NCBI GenBank assembly: GCA_043757545.1 | Contig: JAYVPG010000069.1 | Coordinates: 78,282 to 142,281, forward strand | From: Pseudobdellovibrionaceae bacterium | GTDB lineage: Bacteria; Bdellovibrionota; Bdellovibrionia; Bdellovibrionales; UBA1609 | Length of the DNA: 64,000 bases | Direction of reading: 5' to 3' | Shown: positions 27,860 through 36,919 of the stretch, one piece after another | How the letters are laid out: every line of letters starts with the position of its first letter | How positions within the stretch are numbered: the stretch's first letter is position 1 | Program-made: the position numbers and the translations under genes | Notes under the pieces: model-generated | Database searches by the model: none | The model's input: only the letters and a program-made list of their open reading frames with translations | What the model was told of the DNA's origin: nothing

Positions 27860-28663
27860 TTAGCGCCGGCGAACCTGAATCTGAAGTGCGATGGCGACAA
27901 ACAAAATCGCCGCGCCCACACCCACCATATTGCGAAACACGGGCAAGAAGGCCCCTACAACCATCAACATCGTGGCCGCGAGCAAAGGCACCTGCCACAC
28001 ACGTGCATATGGGCGAGACTTCACCTTATTTTCACTAGCTGTGAGCATTACTGAACCTAACGCTTGAACTTCTCTCACGCGCTTCTTGGTGCCCTCATCG
28101 GTGGGCATCAGCTTATTCATCTGCCCATACACCGCCGCCGCATAGGGAATCGCGCGCTCACGTTGGGCAATTCGCAAAAAGTCCGAATGCATGGACTCAT
28201 CGCCGTAGTTGGATAGCACTTTCTTCCACGCCGCACTTACGTTTTCCGAATGGGCAGGCGGAGTGGTCTCGGTAAAATTCAACTCTTTGACCTTGGCCAC
28301 CACCACGCCACAATGCGGGCATTCCGCGCTGCGCGCTTGGATCGGCTTAAAACACTTCGGGCAAGGTTCAGTTTCTTTGGACGCATCCACTCGATTTCCC
28401 GGCGTTTTCGCACGCGGCGGTGGATTCTTCACCTGCACGGGAATCCCCGTCAATTCCGTCGAAAGATCCATATCGGGCAATGAGAGCCAAAAGCGAGAAT
28501 GGCATTGAATGCACTCAAAGCGCGGTTTGGCCTCTTTAATGTCTGAGAATTGCACCATGTAGAGCTTACGGCATTGGGGGCAACGAACCCGCACCGACTC
28601 TGAAGAATATGGCTTCCGTTCCACTTCTTTCATATTTATTTCTTCCATCGTGTCCATAGGCAT
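27860..28663 (-). CDS. zinc-ribbon (MJ0042-type) membrane protein
   Basis: CPQCRKLY...CIQCHSRF and CPKCF...CPHCG ribbons. Two C-terminal TM helices. GGAG RBS before the ATG at 28663. Confidence 0.6.
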   Translation of the reverse strand: MPMDTMEEINMKEVERKPYSSESVRVRCPQCRKLYMVQFSDIKEAKPRFECIQCHSRFWLSLPDMDLSTELTGIPVQVKNPPPRAKTPGNRVDASKETEPCPKCFKPIQARSAECPHCGVVVAKVKELNFTETTPPAHSENVSAAWKKVLSNYGDESMHSDFLRIAQRERAIPYAAAVYGQMNKLMPTDEGTKKRVREVQALGSVMLTASENKVKSRPYARVWQVPLLAATMLMVVGAFLPVFRNMVGVGAAILFVAIALQIQVRRR

Positions 28664-28699
28664 GGTGACTCCTACTTTCGGATATCTTAGCCTAATCTC

Positions 28700-30277
28700 A
28701 TGAGCGCGAACGCCATGATTTCGAAAACGCAAAGTTTCATCATGAAACCTGCATTCCTTTCCATTCTAACAGGCTTTCTTTTCGGCACAAGCTATATTCC
28801 CTTTCCCCCGTGGGCGATTTTTTTCTGCTTTATTCCTCTGTGGATCGTGTGGCTGAGAGAAAATTCCTTACGCAGGATATTCTGGACTGGATGGCTCGCA
28901 CAGTTTGTGTTCACTCTCGTCGGATTTCATTGGATCGCGTACACCATTCACGAATTTGGCCATTTGCCCTGGATACTAGGCTTTGGGACGCTCATTTTAT
29001 TCTGCAGTGTCGCTAACCTTTACGTTCCGATCGTCGGTCTGTTGTGGTTTTTTCTCTCACGCCGCCTGCGTTTAAATCAGACCTCGCAAATCGCCTTGGT
29101 GGTTATTCTCTCTTGCGCTGGACGACGACTTTTCCCAATGATTTTTGATTGGAATATGGGCTACACCTGGCTCTGGGCAAGGCTCCCCGCCTTTCATCTG
29201 GCGGATATTGTCGGCTTCAACGGCTTGAGTGATCTCACGCTCATCATCAATGGAATTTTGCTTCTCGCGTGGTGCAAATTCCGCGCAAAGGAAGTTTGGT
29301 GGCCAGCCGCGGTCACTGGTCCTGTATTTCTTTTGGTACTGAATTTTTGGGGAGCGATACACGGGGCACAACTCAGGCCCACCGATAAATCCCTGCGCGT
29401 TTTGATTGTGCAAGCCAATATTGGCAATCAAGAAAAACTGGCGGCGGAGCAAGGTTCGGCCTATCGCGAAGTGGTGATCAATCAATTTATTCACACCACG
29501 GAACAAGGCTTAAAAGAGCAAGGTCCTGCGGATTTTGCAGTGTGGCCGGAGACCGCGTTCCCCGAGGAGATTCTCACACCCACGCTCAATGCTCATTATC
29601 CGATGATGCTTAAAGAGTTTATCATTCGCTCTCACACCAAATTGATCACGGGAGGCTATTCGCGCCAAGATTTCACCGGCAAATCCACCAATTCTTTCTT
29701 TGTGATTGGCGAAAACGGTGAATGGCTCGCCAAGCCTTATCATAAAACGACGCTTCTCGCGTTCGGTGAATATTTGCCACTTGAATCGACTTTTCCGATT
29801 TTAAGGCGCTATGCCCCCGAAGAGATCGCCGATTTCGGTCGCGGCCCAGGACCTACAGTCCTTTATGCCAACGGACTGCGTATCGGCGCGCAGATTTGCT
29901 ACGAGGGACTATTCGATTGGTTCACTCGCGATCTGGCCAACCAAGGTGCGCAAATTATATTTAACGTCACCAACGACTCGTGGTACGGCCGGTTCGCCGA
30001 ACCGTTCCAACACGGTTGGATGACTTTTGCTCACGCCGTCGAGGTGCGCCTTCCCCTCGTACGCTCCACAAATACTGGCGTCTCGTCGGTGATTTTAGCA
30101 AGTGGAGAAATATTGGAGTTGTCGCCTTTACACCAAGAGTGGTTCCATCTCTACGAAGTGCCTTATGCCTCGAACCCCACTCCTACCATCTTTATGAGTT
30201 GGGGCTATTGGCTAATGCCGGGATTTTTAGTTTTGGGAATGCTGGTGATATTTCTAAGGAGCCGAACAAAAGAATGA
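28700..30277 (+). CDS. lnt: apolipoprotein N-acyltransferase
   Basis: N-terminal polytopic region plus CN-hydrolase domain with WPETAFP, HKTTLLAFGEYLP and QICYEGLF (E-K-C triad). Start uncertain: 28700, 28715 or 28742. Confidence 0.88.
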   Translation: MSANAMISKTQSFIMKPAFLSILTGFLFGTSYIPFPPWAIFFCFIPLWIVWLRENSLRRIFWTGWLAQFVFTLVGFHWIAYTIHEFGHLPWILGFGTLILFCSVANLYVPIVGLLWFFLSRRLRLNQTSQIALVVILSCAGRRLFPMIFDWNMGYTWLWARLPAFHLADIVGFNGLSDLTLIINGILLLAWCKFRAKEVWWPAAVTGPVFLLVLNFWGAIHGAQLRPTDKSLRVLIVQANIGNQEKLAAEQGSAYREVVINQFIHTTEQGLKEQGPADFAVWPETAFPEEILTPTLNAHYPMMLKEFIIRSHTKLITGGYSRQDFTGKSTNSFFVIGENGEWLAKPYHKTTLLAFGEYLPLESTFPILRRYAPEEIADFGRGPGPTVLYANGLRIGAQICYEGLFDWFTRDLANQGAQIIFNVTNDSWYGRFAEPFQHGWMTFAHAVEVRLPLVRSTNTGVSSVILASGEILELSPLHQEWFHLYEVPYASNPTPTIFMSWGYWLMPGFLVLGMLVIFLRSRTKE

Positions 30278-32595
30278 CGAATTTAGATTGGGATGAAATT
30301 TTATCGCGCTTAGCGGAATTCGCTACCTGTCAGGCAGGCCGCGAACGCCTGAATCGCTTGGCCCCTTTGCCTGGTCCCGCGGAGGCCGAAGCGAGTTTTG
30401 CCGAGATCGCTGAGACCGTCGAAATCCTCTCCTTAGGCAGACGTCCCTATATGGAAAGTTTGGATCTCTATTCGACTTGGCATCAACGCTTAACTAAGGG
30501 TGCGACGCTCAAAACTCTAGAGCTGAAAGATTTGCGCCACTTCTGTCTTGAAATATTGGCACTTCACGAAATCATTAAAGAGCATCGGACACCTTGGGCC
30601 ACGCGAGTGAGCGAAGGTCTGATGGATTCAAGCGAGCCGTTGTCCGCCATCGATCAGATCATGACTCCCGAGGGTGAGATCCGCAGCGACGCGAGCGAGA
30701 CTCTGTTCAAGTTGTTCAACGAGAAAAATACAGTCGTGCGCCAAACCCAAGGCATTTTGGATAAGTTGATCCGCCAACATGAAATGGAGCCGGTCTTACA
30801 AGATCGCTATGTCACCAACCGCGAAGGCCGTTGGGTTCTCCCGGTGCGCAGTGGCAAGCAAAATAGCTTTGAGGGAATTATTCACGCGTCATCGCAAAGT
30901 AAACAAACTGTATTTATGGAACCGAAGGAGATTATCCCCCTCAACAATCGGTTACGCCAAATCGAAGTCGATATTGAGGAAGAAATCGATCGCCTGCTGC
31001 GCCAGCTGAGTGAATATCTTTTGCAGAGAAATCCTGAATTCGAGGTCGCCCGTCAAGTTCTGCTCAATAGCGATGTTCGTTTTGCACAAGGACAGCTGGC
31101 CGCCCATATGCAGGGCACTCCTTGCACATTTAGCGAAAATGAAATCGACATCATGGATTTAAAACATCCTTTGCTTTTGCTCGCCAATGTGGAAGTTGTC
31201 GCCAATACGGTGCGCTTGAATTCGGAAAAACGACTTTTACTGCTGTCTGGACCCAACGCCGGGGGGAAAACCGTACTTTTAAAATCCGTCGGCTTGGCCG
31301 CGCAAATGGCGCGCTGTGGTCTGCTGATTGCTGCAGCGGAGGGATCCAAGATTCCATTTTTCAAAAATATCCATGTCGCGATCGGTGATTCGCAGAGCGT
31401 GGATCAACACCTCTCAACCTTCGCCGCCCACTTAAAGATTTTAAGTGAGGCCGCTCAGGCCAAAGGCGCGAACACTTTGCTTCTGATTGACGAAATCTGC
31501 GGCTCAACCGATCCCGAGGAAGGGACGGCCCTCGCCCGTGCATTTATTTATGCTTTTGCCCGCAACGGAAGTTTTGGCGTTGTCACCTCGCACTTAGGAC
31601 CGTTGAAACTGGGTTGGACCCCCGACTTGGGAGTCACCAACGGAAGCCTGGAATACGACAGCAAGTCCGGAAAACCCACCTATCTTTTTTTAATGGGAGT
31701 CGCCGGGCAATCCCTAGCGTTGCAAACCGCAAGACGCGTGGGTGTCGATTCGCGCATCCTCGACGAGGCTATGACCTTTCTCAGCCCCGAGATGAAGCAG
31801 TATCATTTGGGCTTAAGTGAAGTGGAGCAAATGAAGGACGAATTGCGCGGACTCAAAGCTGAGGTCGCGCGCGAAAGCAAAGAAGCCAAGTCTGAAAAGA
31901 GCAAATATCACGCCTTGATGCAAAAATTTGATCGCGAAAAAGAAAAGATGCTCGAGACCACCGTGAAGCGCGCGGAGAAAAAAATCGACACCATGATCGA
32001 ACACACTAAAGTCGAAGATATTTTCCGTCGCCATGAACGCTTAGAGCAAATTCGCCAAGAGATGCCAGAAATCGTCAAAGCTTCACCGCGTACGCCCGCA
32101 GCCATTACAAAAATCGAAAGCGCCGAGGATTTTACCAAGGTTTTCCCACCGGGTTCAAAAGTTTTTGTGACTACCATCGGACGTGATGGCGTCGTACAAA
32201 GCACTCCGACCACCAAAGGTGAAGTCGCCGTGCTCAGCAACTCGATGCGCTTAATGGTGCCGTGGACACAGCTAAAGGCCGCACAGCATGCCGCCAACCC
32301 GACCGTCGAAGTCGTGCGCCGTGCGGGCGAGACCGCCTCTGTGCTGGATCAAGACCGCAACGTCGATCTACGCGGAAAACATATGGAAGAAGCACTCACA
32401 CAACTTGAAAATCAACTCGACACAGCTGTCTTAAATCAAGAGGCACGGGTCAAAATTATTCACGGCCACGGGACGGACACTTTGAAAAAGGGAATTCGCA
32501 ACTATCTCTCACGCTCCGCCTATGTGAAAAAATGGAAGGCCGGGACGCCCGAAACTGGCGGCGACGGCGTCACCTGGGCCGAGCTTCGAGATTAG
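30274..32595 (+). CDS. mutS2: endonuclease MutS2 (MutS domain V plus Smr)
   Basis: Walker A GPNAGGKT. C-terminal Smr domain VDLRGKHMEEAL...IIHGHGTDTLKKGIRNYL. ATG at 30274 overlaps the lnt stop (ATGA). Confidence 0.92.
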   Translation: MTNLDWDEILSRLAEFATCQAGRERLNRLAPLPGPAEAEASFAEIAETVEILSLGRRPYMESLDLYSTWHQRLTKGATLKTLELKDLRHFCLEILALHEIIKEHRTPWATRVSEGLMDSSEPLSAIDQIMTPEGEIRSDASETLFKLFNEKNTVVRQTQGILDKLIRQHEMEPVLQDRYVTNREGRWVLPVRSGKQNSFEGIIHASSQSKQTVFMEPKEIIPLNNRLRQIEVDIEEEIDRLLRQLSEYLLQRNPEFEVARQVLLNSDVRFAQGQLAAHMQGTPCTFSENEIDIMDLKHPLLLLANVEVVANTVRLNSEKRLLLLSGPNAGGKTVLLKSVGLAAQMARCGLLIAAAEGSKIPFFKNIHVAIGDSQSVDQHLSTFAAHLKILSEAAQAKGANTLLLIDEICGSTDPEEGTALARAFIYAFARNGSFGVVTSHLGPLKLGWTPDLGVTNGSLEYDSKSGKPTYLFLMGVAGQSLALQTARRVGVDSRILDEAMTFLSPEMKQYHLGLSEVEQMKDELRGLKAEVARESKEAKSEKSKYHALMQKFDREKEKMLETTVKRAEKKIDTMIEHTKVEDIFRRHERLEQIRQEMPEIVKASPRTPAAITKIESAEDFTKVFPPGSKVFVTTIGRDGVVQSTPTTKGEVAVLSNSMRLMVPWTQLKAAQHAANPTVEVVRRAGETASVLDQDRNVDLRGKHMEEALTQLENQLDTAVLNQEARVKIIHGHGTDTLKKGIRNYLSRSAYVKKWKAGTPETGGDGVTWAELRD

Positions 32596-33437
32596 GCGCC
32601 TCGCACCTGACTTCGCCACCGATTGTGAGCTCCACACAATAATTGCAGGTTCTCTGGTTCATTTGATCCGCCATTTGCAAACTCATGAATATGATCAATC
32701 TGTAGGCCATGTTTGCTCTCGCATCGTCTCCCGCTCACAGGATCTTGATATTGGCACTGACTCCCCGCCCTTTTCCATACAAACCTACGTGAATGAATTG
32801 AGACGTAACGCGTACGCTGTTTTTGCACTTGGGGCGCCCCAAGGACTGGTGCGTCGAATTTCTTGAGCGCAAGGTCGGCCAGCTCTTCGAATAAAAGATC
32901 ATAGCGTCCGCCAAAATTTTTATGCGCAAATATTCCCTTCAGCCGATGAAATTTCTCAAGTTGCTGCTTGGTCGCAGTGAATTCAATTCGCGTGAGGTCA
33001 GCTGACACCGGTTTCTCAACTTCTAGACGCGGCTTGCTCGGAAATCGCGCCGCAAGTTTTCGCTCCGCCTCGCGTGTCGACGTGCCAAGAAGGTCATTTA
33101 CGATTTTAACTTTCTCAGTCCCACTCAGCTTCTCGCGACGAAAACAACTCTGTGCTTGCGCCGCCACCGAAAGCGAAATTTCTCCGGATTCAATTTGCCT
33201 CTCGACTGTCGGCATGACCTTGATCAAGCGCATCGCCTGAATTCGAATGTGGGCTTCGCTTTCCGAATAACCGAGCAGGCCCGTACAAAATGCGAACATC
33301 GAAGAATACCCACGCGCAAGATACAACTGACGATTTTCAACCTCCCGCAAAAGACGCAAAACTTCGGTTATCAAATCGCGCTCTTGCTGAACTATATTTT
33401 TTAACTTTAAGATTAGCTCGACATCGGTGCATTTCAT
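32592..33437 (-). CDS. HNH endonuclease with a DUF222-like N-terminal region (paralog of 24886-25866)
   Basis: LQIDHIHEFANGGSNEPENLQLLCGAHNRW. Same domain order as the other HNH gene. AAGGGAG RBS before the ATG at 33437. Confidence 0.8.
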   Translation of the reverse strand: MKCTDVELILKLKNIVQQERDLITEVLRLLREVENRQLYLARGYSSMFAFCTGLLGYSESEAHIRIQAMRLIKVMPTVERQIESGEISLSVAAQAQSCFRREKLSGTEKVKIVNDLLGTSTREAERKLAARFPSKPRLEVEKPVSADLTRIEFTATKQQLEKFHRLKGIFAHKNFGGRYDLLFEELADLALKKFDAPVLGAPQVQKQRTRYVSIHSRRFVWKRAGSQCQYQDPVSGRRCESKHGLQIDHIHEFANGGSNEPENLQLLCGAHNRWRSQVRGA

Positions 33438-33727
33438 ATAATCTCCCTTTGAAGAATGCACTATACATCTCTTTTAAATTCGTGAAATTTCAATCGAGGA
33501 TTGATGGCGGCGACAAAAACTAAAATAGAGCTCACGCTTCCCATCTATCTTCGCAAAACCTCTCCATAGGCTTCGTGGCAAAAACCAAACCTATGCTAAA
33601 CAAATTCACGAAATACGTTGCGCCGTCGGCAAATCACGCAAAATAGCTGTCAACTATCTTTCGCAAATAATGCAGCTCAAAATTTTTCCCCCTAGACTTT
33701 CAATTCACCGATATCTATAACCATAAA

Positions 33728-34279
33728 ATGCTTCCACCCATTCCATCGCTGCGCGACCTCGAGATTCAAACCACGCGGCTCGTTCTTGAGCCTATTCAAG
33801 GCTCCCATGCCGAAGAAATTCGCGAACTCTACAGCGACGATGGGCTTCACAGCTTCACGCCCTATGTGCAAATGTCGATTGAGAAGCAAAGAGAACGTTG
33901 CGAGAAATGGGAGCGGCGAATTTCACCAACCGGTGACGAGCTCTGGCTCAACTGGCTGGTCCGACGAAAAGACGGTCGTGCGACGGTGGGTCACATTCAA
34001 TTTGGCATCAAAGAGGATGGGACGGCTTACGTTGGCTATCTGATTTCGCGAGCGGAACAAAAAAAAGGCTACGCCACAGAGTCGCTAACGGCAGCGCTTG
34101 ATTTTATACGCGAGAAGATGAAAGTCCGCGAAGTAAAGGCATGCATCGACACCAGAAACGAAAATTCAATCAAACTCGTCAGGAACCTTGGGTTTCGGCA
34201 ATCCGAATTTATTAAAGACGCCGATTTTTTTCGAGGTGCAACCAGCGACGAGTTCGTTTACTCAATTTATTTTGTATAG
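33728..34279 (+). CDS. GNAT-family N-acetyltransferase (RimJ/RimL-like)
   Basis: TRLVLEP start, then QKKGYATESL (acetyl-CoA Q/RxxGxG/A-like) and NENSIKLVRNLGF. Confidence 0.8.
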   Translation: MLPPIPSLRDLEIQTTRLVLEPIQGSHAEEIRELYSDDGLHSFTPYVQMSIEKQRERCEKWERRISPTGDELWLNWLVRRKDGRATVGHIQFGIKEDGTAYVGYLISRAEQKKGYATESLTAALDFIREKMKVREVKACIDTRNENSIKLVRNLGFRQSEFIKDADFFRGATSDEFVYSIYFV

Positions 34280-34305
34280 ACATTGCCATTGACTCAATTA
34301 AGAAC

Positions 34306-35166
34306 CTACAGCCTAGGAATTTTACCCACGCCTTGCTCACTCGGGTCACAGGCAAACGCAGTTTTGTAATCCGCACCCAGTTTAGTTTCAGACACCATAC
34401 ATGACGTAACGGCCATGCGATCACCCGGCATCGTCATATTCTCATCACTGCGCATCTCGGACCAAATCACGTCCCCACGCTCGATAGAGAATAGCATTCG
34501 CCCCCACAGTCGACTCTCGAAGTGTGCCCCCGCAACAGTCGGCGCCGCAACCAGGCCCACGTGACCCGAAATTTCGATATCGGCGCAGATTTTTACTTTT
34601 TCGCAAACCACAATATCTTTTAAAATTCCGACAACCTCAAGTTTCATCGGAATAGCATCTTTGGCCGAGAGCCAGGTGTGATCCATCGTCCACGTATCAC
34701 CGACTTCTACCGGGCCGGCGGGAATCGGCATTGCCGGAACATAAAATAAGCTCTGGGTAAGATAGCGGCCCGCGTGCAACACTTCACCGGTCGAGCGAAC
34801 CACGTAGTCAATTTCCTCATTCAATTCGGGAAATGCCAAATCATGCAGTGCCACGGTCCCATCTTTGCGGATGGTGCGCAGCTCGAAACTTAAGATTTTT
34901 CCTTTTTCATCAAACTTCGAAACATGACTGTTGACCGAAAAATCCACACCCTCCGTGCGGTCACGCAAGAGTTGTTGGGCTTCATAAGAGAGGATATGGG
35001 AATTTGAGAAATAACGGGTTTCGGTGGTCTCCCCCGCCTTACCCTTAAAGCGAATCTCCACAGCCTTGGGCAATGACCCGCTCGGTCCCCCCAGAGTCGC
35101 GCAACCCACCAAAGAACTTAACCCGAAGAGTCCCAGCGAAGTATAGAATAGGCGCCAACTGGTCAC
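34306..35166 (-). CDS. lipoprotein, unknown function
   Basis: Lipobox SLVGC. GTG start 5 nt after GGAGG. Confidence 0.55.
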   Translation of the reverse strand: MTSWRLFYTSLGLFGLSSLVGCATLGGPSGSLPKAVEIRFKGKAGETTETRYFSNSHILSYEAQQLLRDRTEGVDFSVNSHVSKFDEKGKILSFELRTIRKDGTVALHDLAFPELNEEIDYVVRSTGEVLHAGRYLTQSLFYVPAMPIPAGPVEVGDTWTMDHTWLSAKDAIPMKLEVVGILKDIVVCEKVKICADIEISGHVGLVAAPTVAGAHFESRLWGRMLFSIERGDVIWSEMRSDENMTMPGDRMAVTSCMVSETKLGADYKTAFACDPSEQGVGKIPRL

Positions 35167-35318
35167 GTCATCCTCCGTAGAGACCCAATGTAGCTCGGAG
35201 CCGATACCGGGTAAATACTTTTAAGTCCGCCAGACGCAGAGACCTAAAAAATGGGATTTTTATCCTCGAATTAAAATCTAGACTATCGGTGGGCACGACG
35301 CTCGTCTTAGGTCACGGC

Positions 35319-36167
35319 TTAATGTGAAGATTCCTGCACAACTTCTTCTGCTTGCAGGTTTTCACCATGGCGATAGCGGTCGACCAGTTGGTTGTCGCGC
35401 GTCGGAAATGAAAAAAGCAAGGCATGGCTGCCGCTAGGAGTGTCCTCTACAGTGACCACGACATATGAAAACTCATCTTCATCGCCAAATTCTTTTATAA
35501 AGCTCACCAGAACATTTCCCAGCGAGTCACTGCTGCGCCAGATTTCATCCGCGTCTTCCAAAGTGGCCTCGCGAAATTCCGCGTAATCTAAAAATTCATT
35601 TTCAGAGATATCTTTGTCGCCCCTTAACAAGAGCATCGCTTTGTACAAGCCGACGGCCAAGTCATCACCTTCGTGAAGCGCATCGCCGTCGATCGAACCA
35701 TCCGGAATATCCGCGTCCGAGCGTTGAAAGACCATTTGGCCGCGACGATAGCGTTCAGCCAATTTCATATCCTTCGTGGGGAAATGTAAAAATACAAAGC
35801 TCGGGGTGCTGTCAGTCAGATAGCAAGCGGCAATATGTGAAATCTCTTTTTCAAAGTTACGAATATAAATAAACATGCGCTGACTGGTCAGCGTGTCGGT
35901 GTCTTCCCAAACTTCATCGGGGTCATCGAGCAATTTTTCAAGTTGCGGATCGTATTTTTCGAATTCAAATTCGCCGATGTCTTCCTTGCGACGAAGACTA
36001 AAGAACTCACGCTCTAAAGTTTGGATCTCTTTTTCAAAATGAGAATAAAGAGCCTCTTCGGAATCGAAAACTAAACCCGCCGATTCATCGATGATGATGG
36101 GTTCAATTGCCTTTTTGCTTGAAGATCTAGACATACTCATAATTATACACGAATGCAGTCGTCTCAT
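35319..36167 (-). CDS. acidic cytoplasmic protein built from two homologous halves, unknown function
   Basis: Internal duplication: DPDEVWEDTD...FVFLHFPTKDMKLAERYRRGQ versus DADEIWRSSD...ALLFSFPTRDNQLVDRYRHGE. Confidence 0.55.
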   Translation of the reverse strand: MRRLHSCIIMSMSRSSSKKAIEPIIIDESAGLVFDSEEALYSHFEKEIQTLEREFFSLRRKEDIGEFEFEKYDPQLEKLLDDPDEVWEDTDTLTSQRMFIYIRNFEKEISHIAACYLTDSTPSFVFLHFPTKDMKLAERYRRGQMVFQRSDADIPDGSIDGDALHEGDDLAVGLYKAMLLLRGDKDISENEFLDYAEFREATLEDADEIWRSSDSLGNVLVSFIKEFGDEDEFSYVVVTVEDTPSGSHALLFSFPTRDNQLVDRYRHGENLQAEEVVQESSH

Positions 36168-36281
36168 CTTGAGACAGACAAACGTCCAGCCTCCAAGTTA
36201 AGAATATAGGTCCAGGTCGGGTTAGTCAAACACGGACCTTTTTCCCTTGCCCACAGCGGTTTTTAAATCAAACCTGAAGAG

Positions 36282-36605
36282 GTGAAAGAGCTCCAAATCA
36301 GCGAATCCCATATCGATCAAATTGAACATCTTCTGGCTCAGAGTATGAACGGCATTCACTTGTTGTTCGACAATGAGACGATTGCCCGAATATTGAAAAC
36401 TCCGACGGAAGAAAAAGTTCTTTTTCACTTTAACAACCTCGACAAAATCCAAGAGCTATTCGCCAATTTCGTGCAGATCGAATCTTTTCAAATGAAACAG
36501 GACTATCTGCACTCTCTCGATAAAGAATCGTTTGAGATGTTGCTCAGAACCTATTTCCACATCGTCGACAATTCACTCAGCAGCACCTACTCCAGTCGCC
36601 ATTAA
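36282..36605 (+). CDS. hypothetical protein
   Basis: ORF only. Non-ATG start and no motif. Confidence 0.35.
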   Translation: MKELQISESHIDQIEHLLAQSMNGIHLLFDNETIARILKTPTEEKVLFHFNNLDKIQELFANFVQIESFQMKQDYLHSLDKESFEMLLRTYFHIVDNSLSSTYSSRH

Positions 36606-36625
36606 ATTCCGCCGAAAAGAAGAGC

Positions 36626-36901
36626 ATGAAACGGTTGCTACTCATCCTCTTTCTATTTTCGCAACTCACGGCGGCCGAGTATCGCGCCTTCGAGTTGGTG
36701 ATTACCGACAAAGGGAGCGGCAAAGAGCGTGTGGTGATCTCGACCCTAGACCCCGGTCAGTACCGAGGCTATTATCCAGTCGCTTACAGCGAGAACGTCA
36801 CCTACCGTGGTACTTGGCGCTGCAAGGGCAATACCTCGAACTTTAAACCCGTCTGTCCCAAGCCCGAAGGCAAGCCCAGCGGCAATCTAGACCGCAAGTA
36901 A
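36626..36901 (+). CDS. small secreted protein
   Basis: Signal peptide MKRLLLILFLFSQLTAA. Two Cys. Confidence 0.45.
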   Translation: MKRLLLILFLFSQLTAAEYRAFELVITDKGSGKERVVISTLDPGQYRGYYPVAYSENVTYRGTWRCKGNTSNFKPVCPKPEGKPSGNLDRK

Positions 36902-36919
36902 AATCCCACGCGTGATAAT

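Noticed and set aside
29980-30273. N-terminal extension of MutS2 to 871 aa, overlapping lnt
   Set aside because: The extension overlaps about 300 nt of the conserved lnt CN-hydrolase domain in another frame. The ATG at 30274 overlaps the lnt stop (ATGA) and gives the normal MTNLDWDEIL MutS2 N-terminus.
24886-32595. Idea that the HNH genes insert specifically at the stop codons of host genes (both junctions read TTAG)
   Set aside because: The same 4-nt stop-stop overlap occurs at three junctions that do not involve HNH genes (20094, 44615, 52152). The pattern is a general property of this genome and not HNH targeting.
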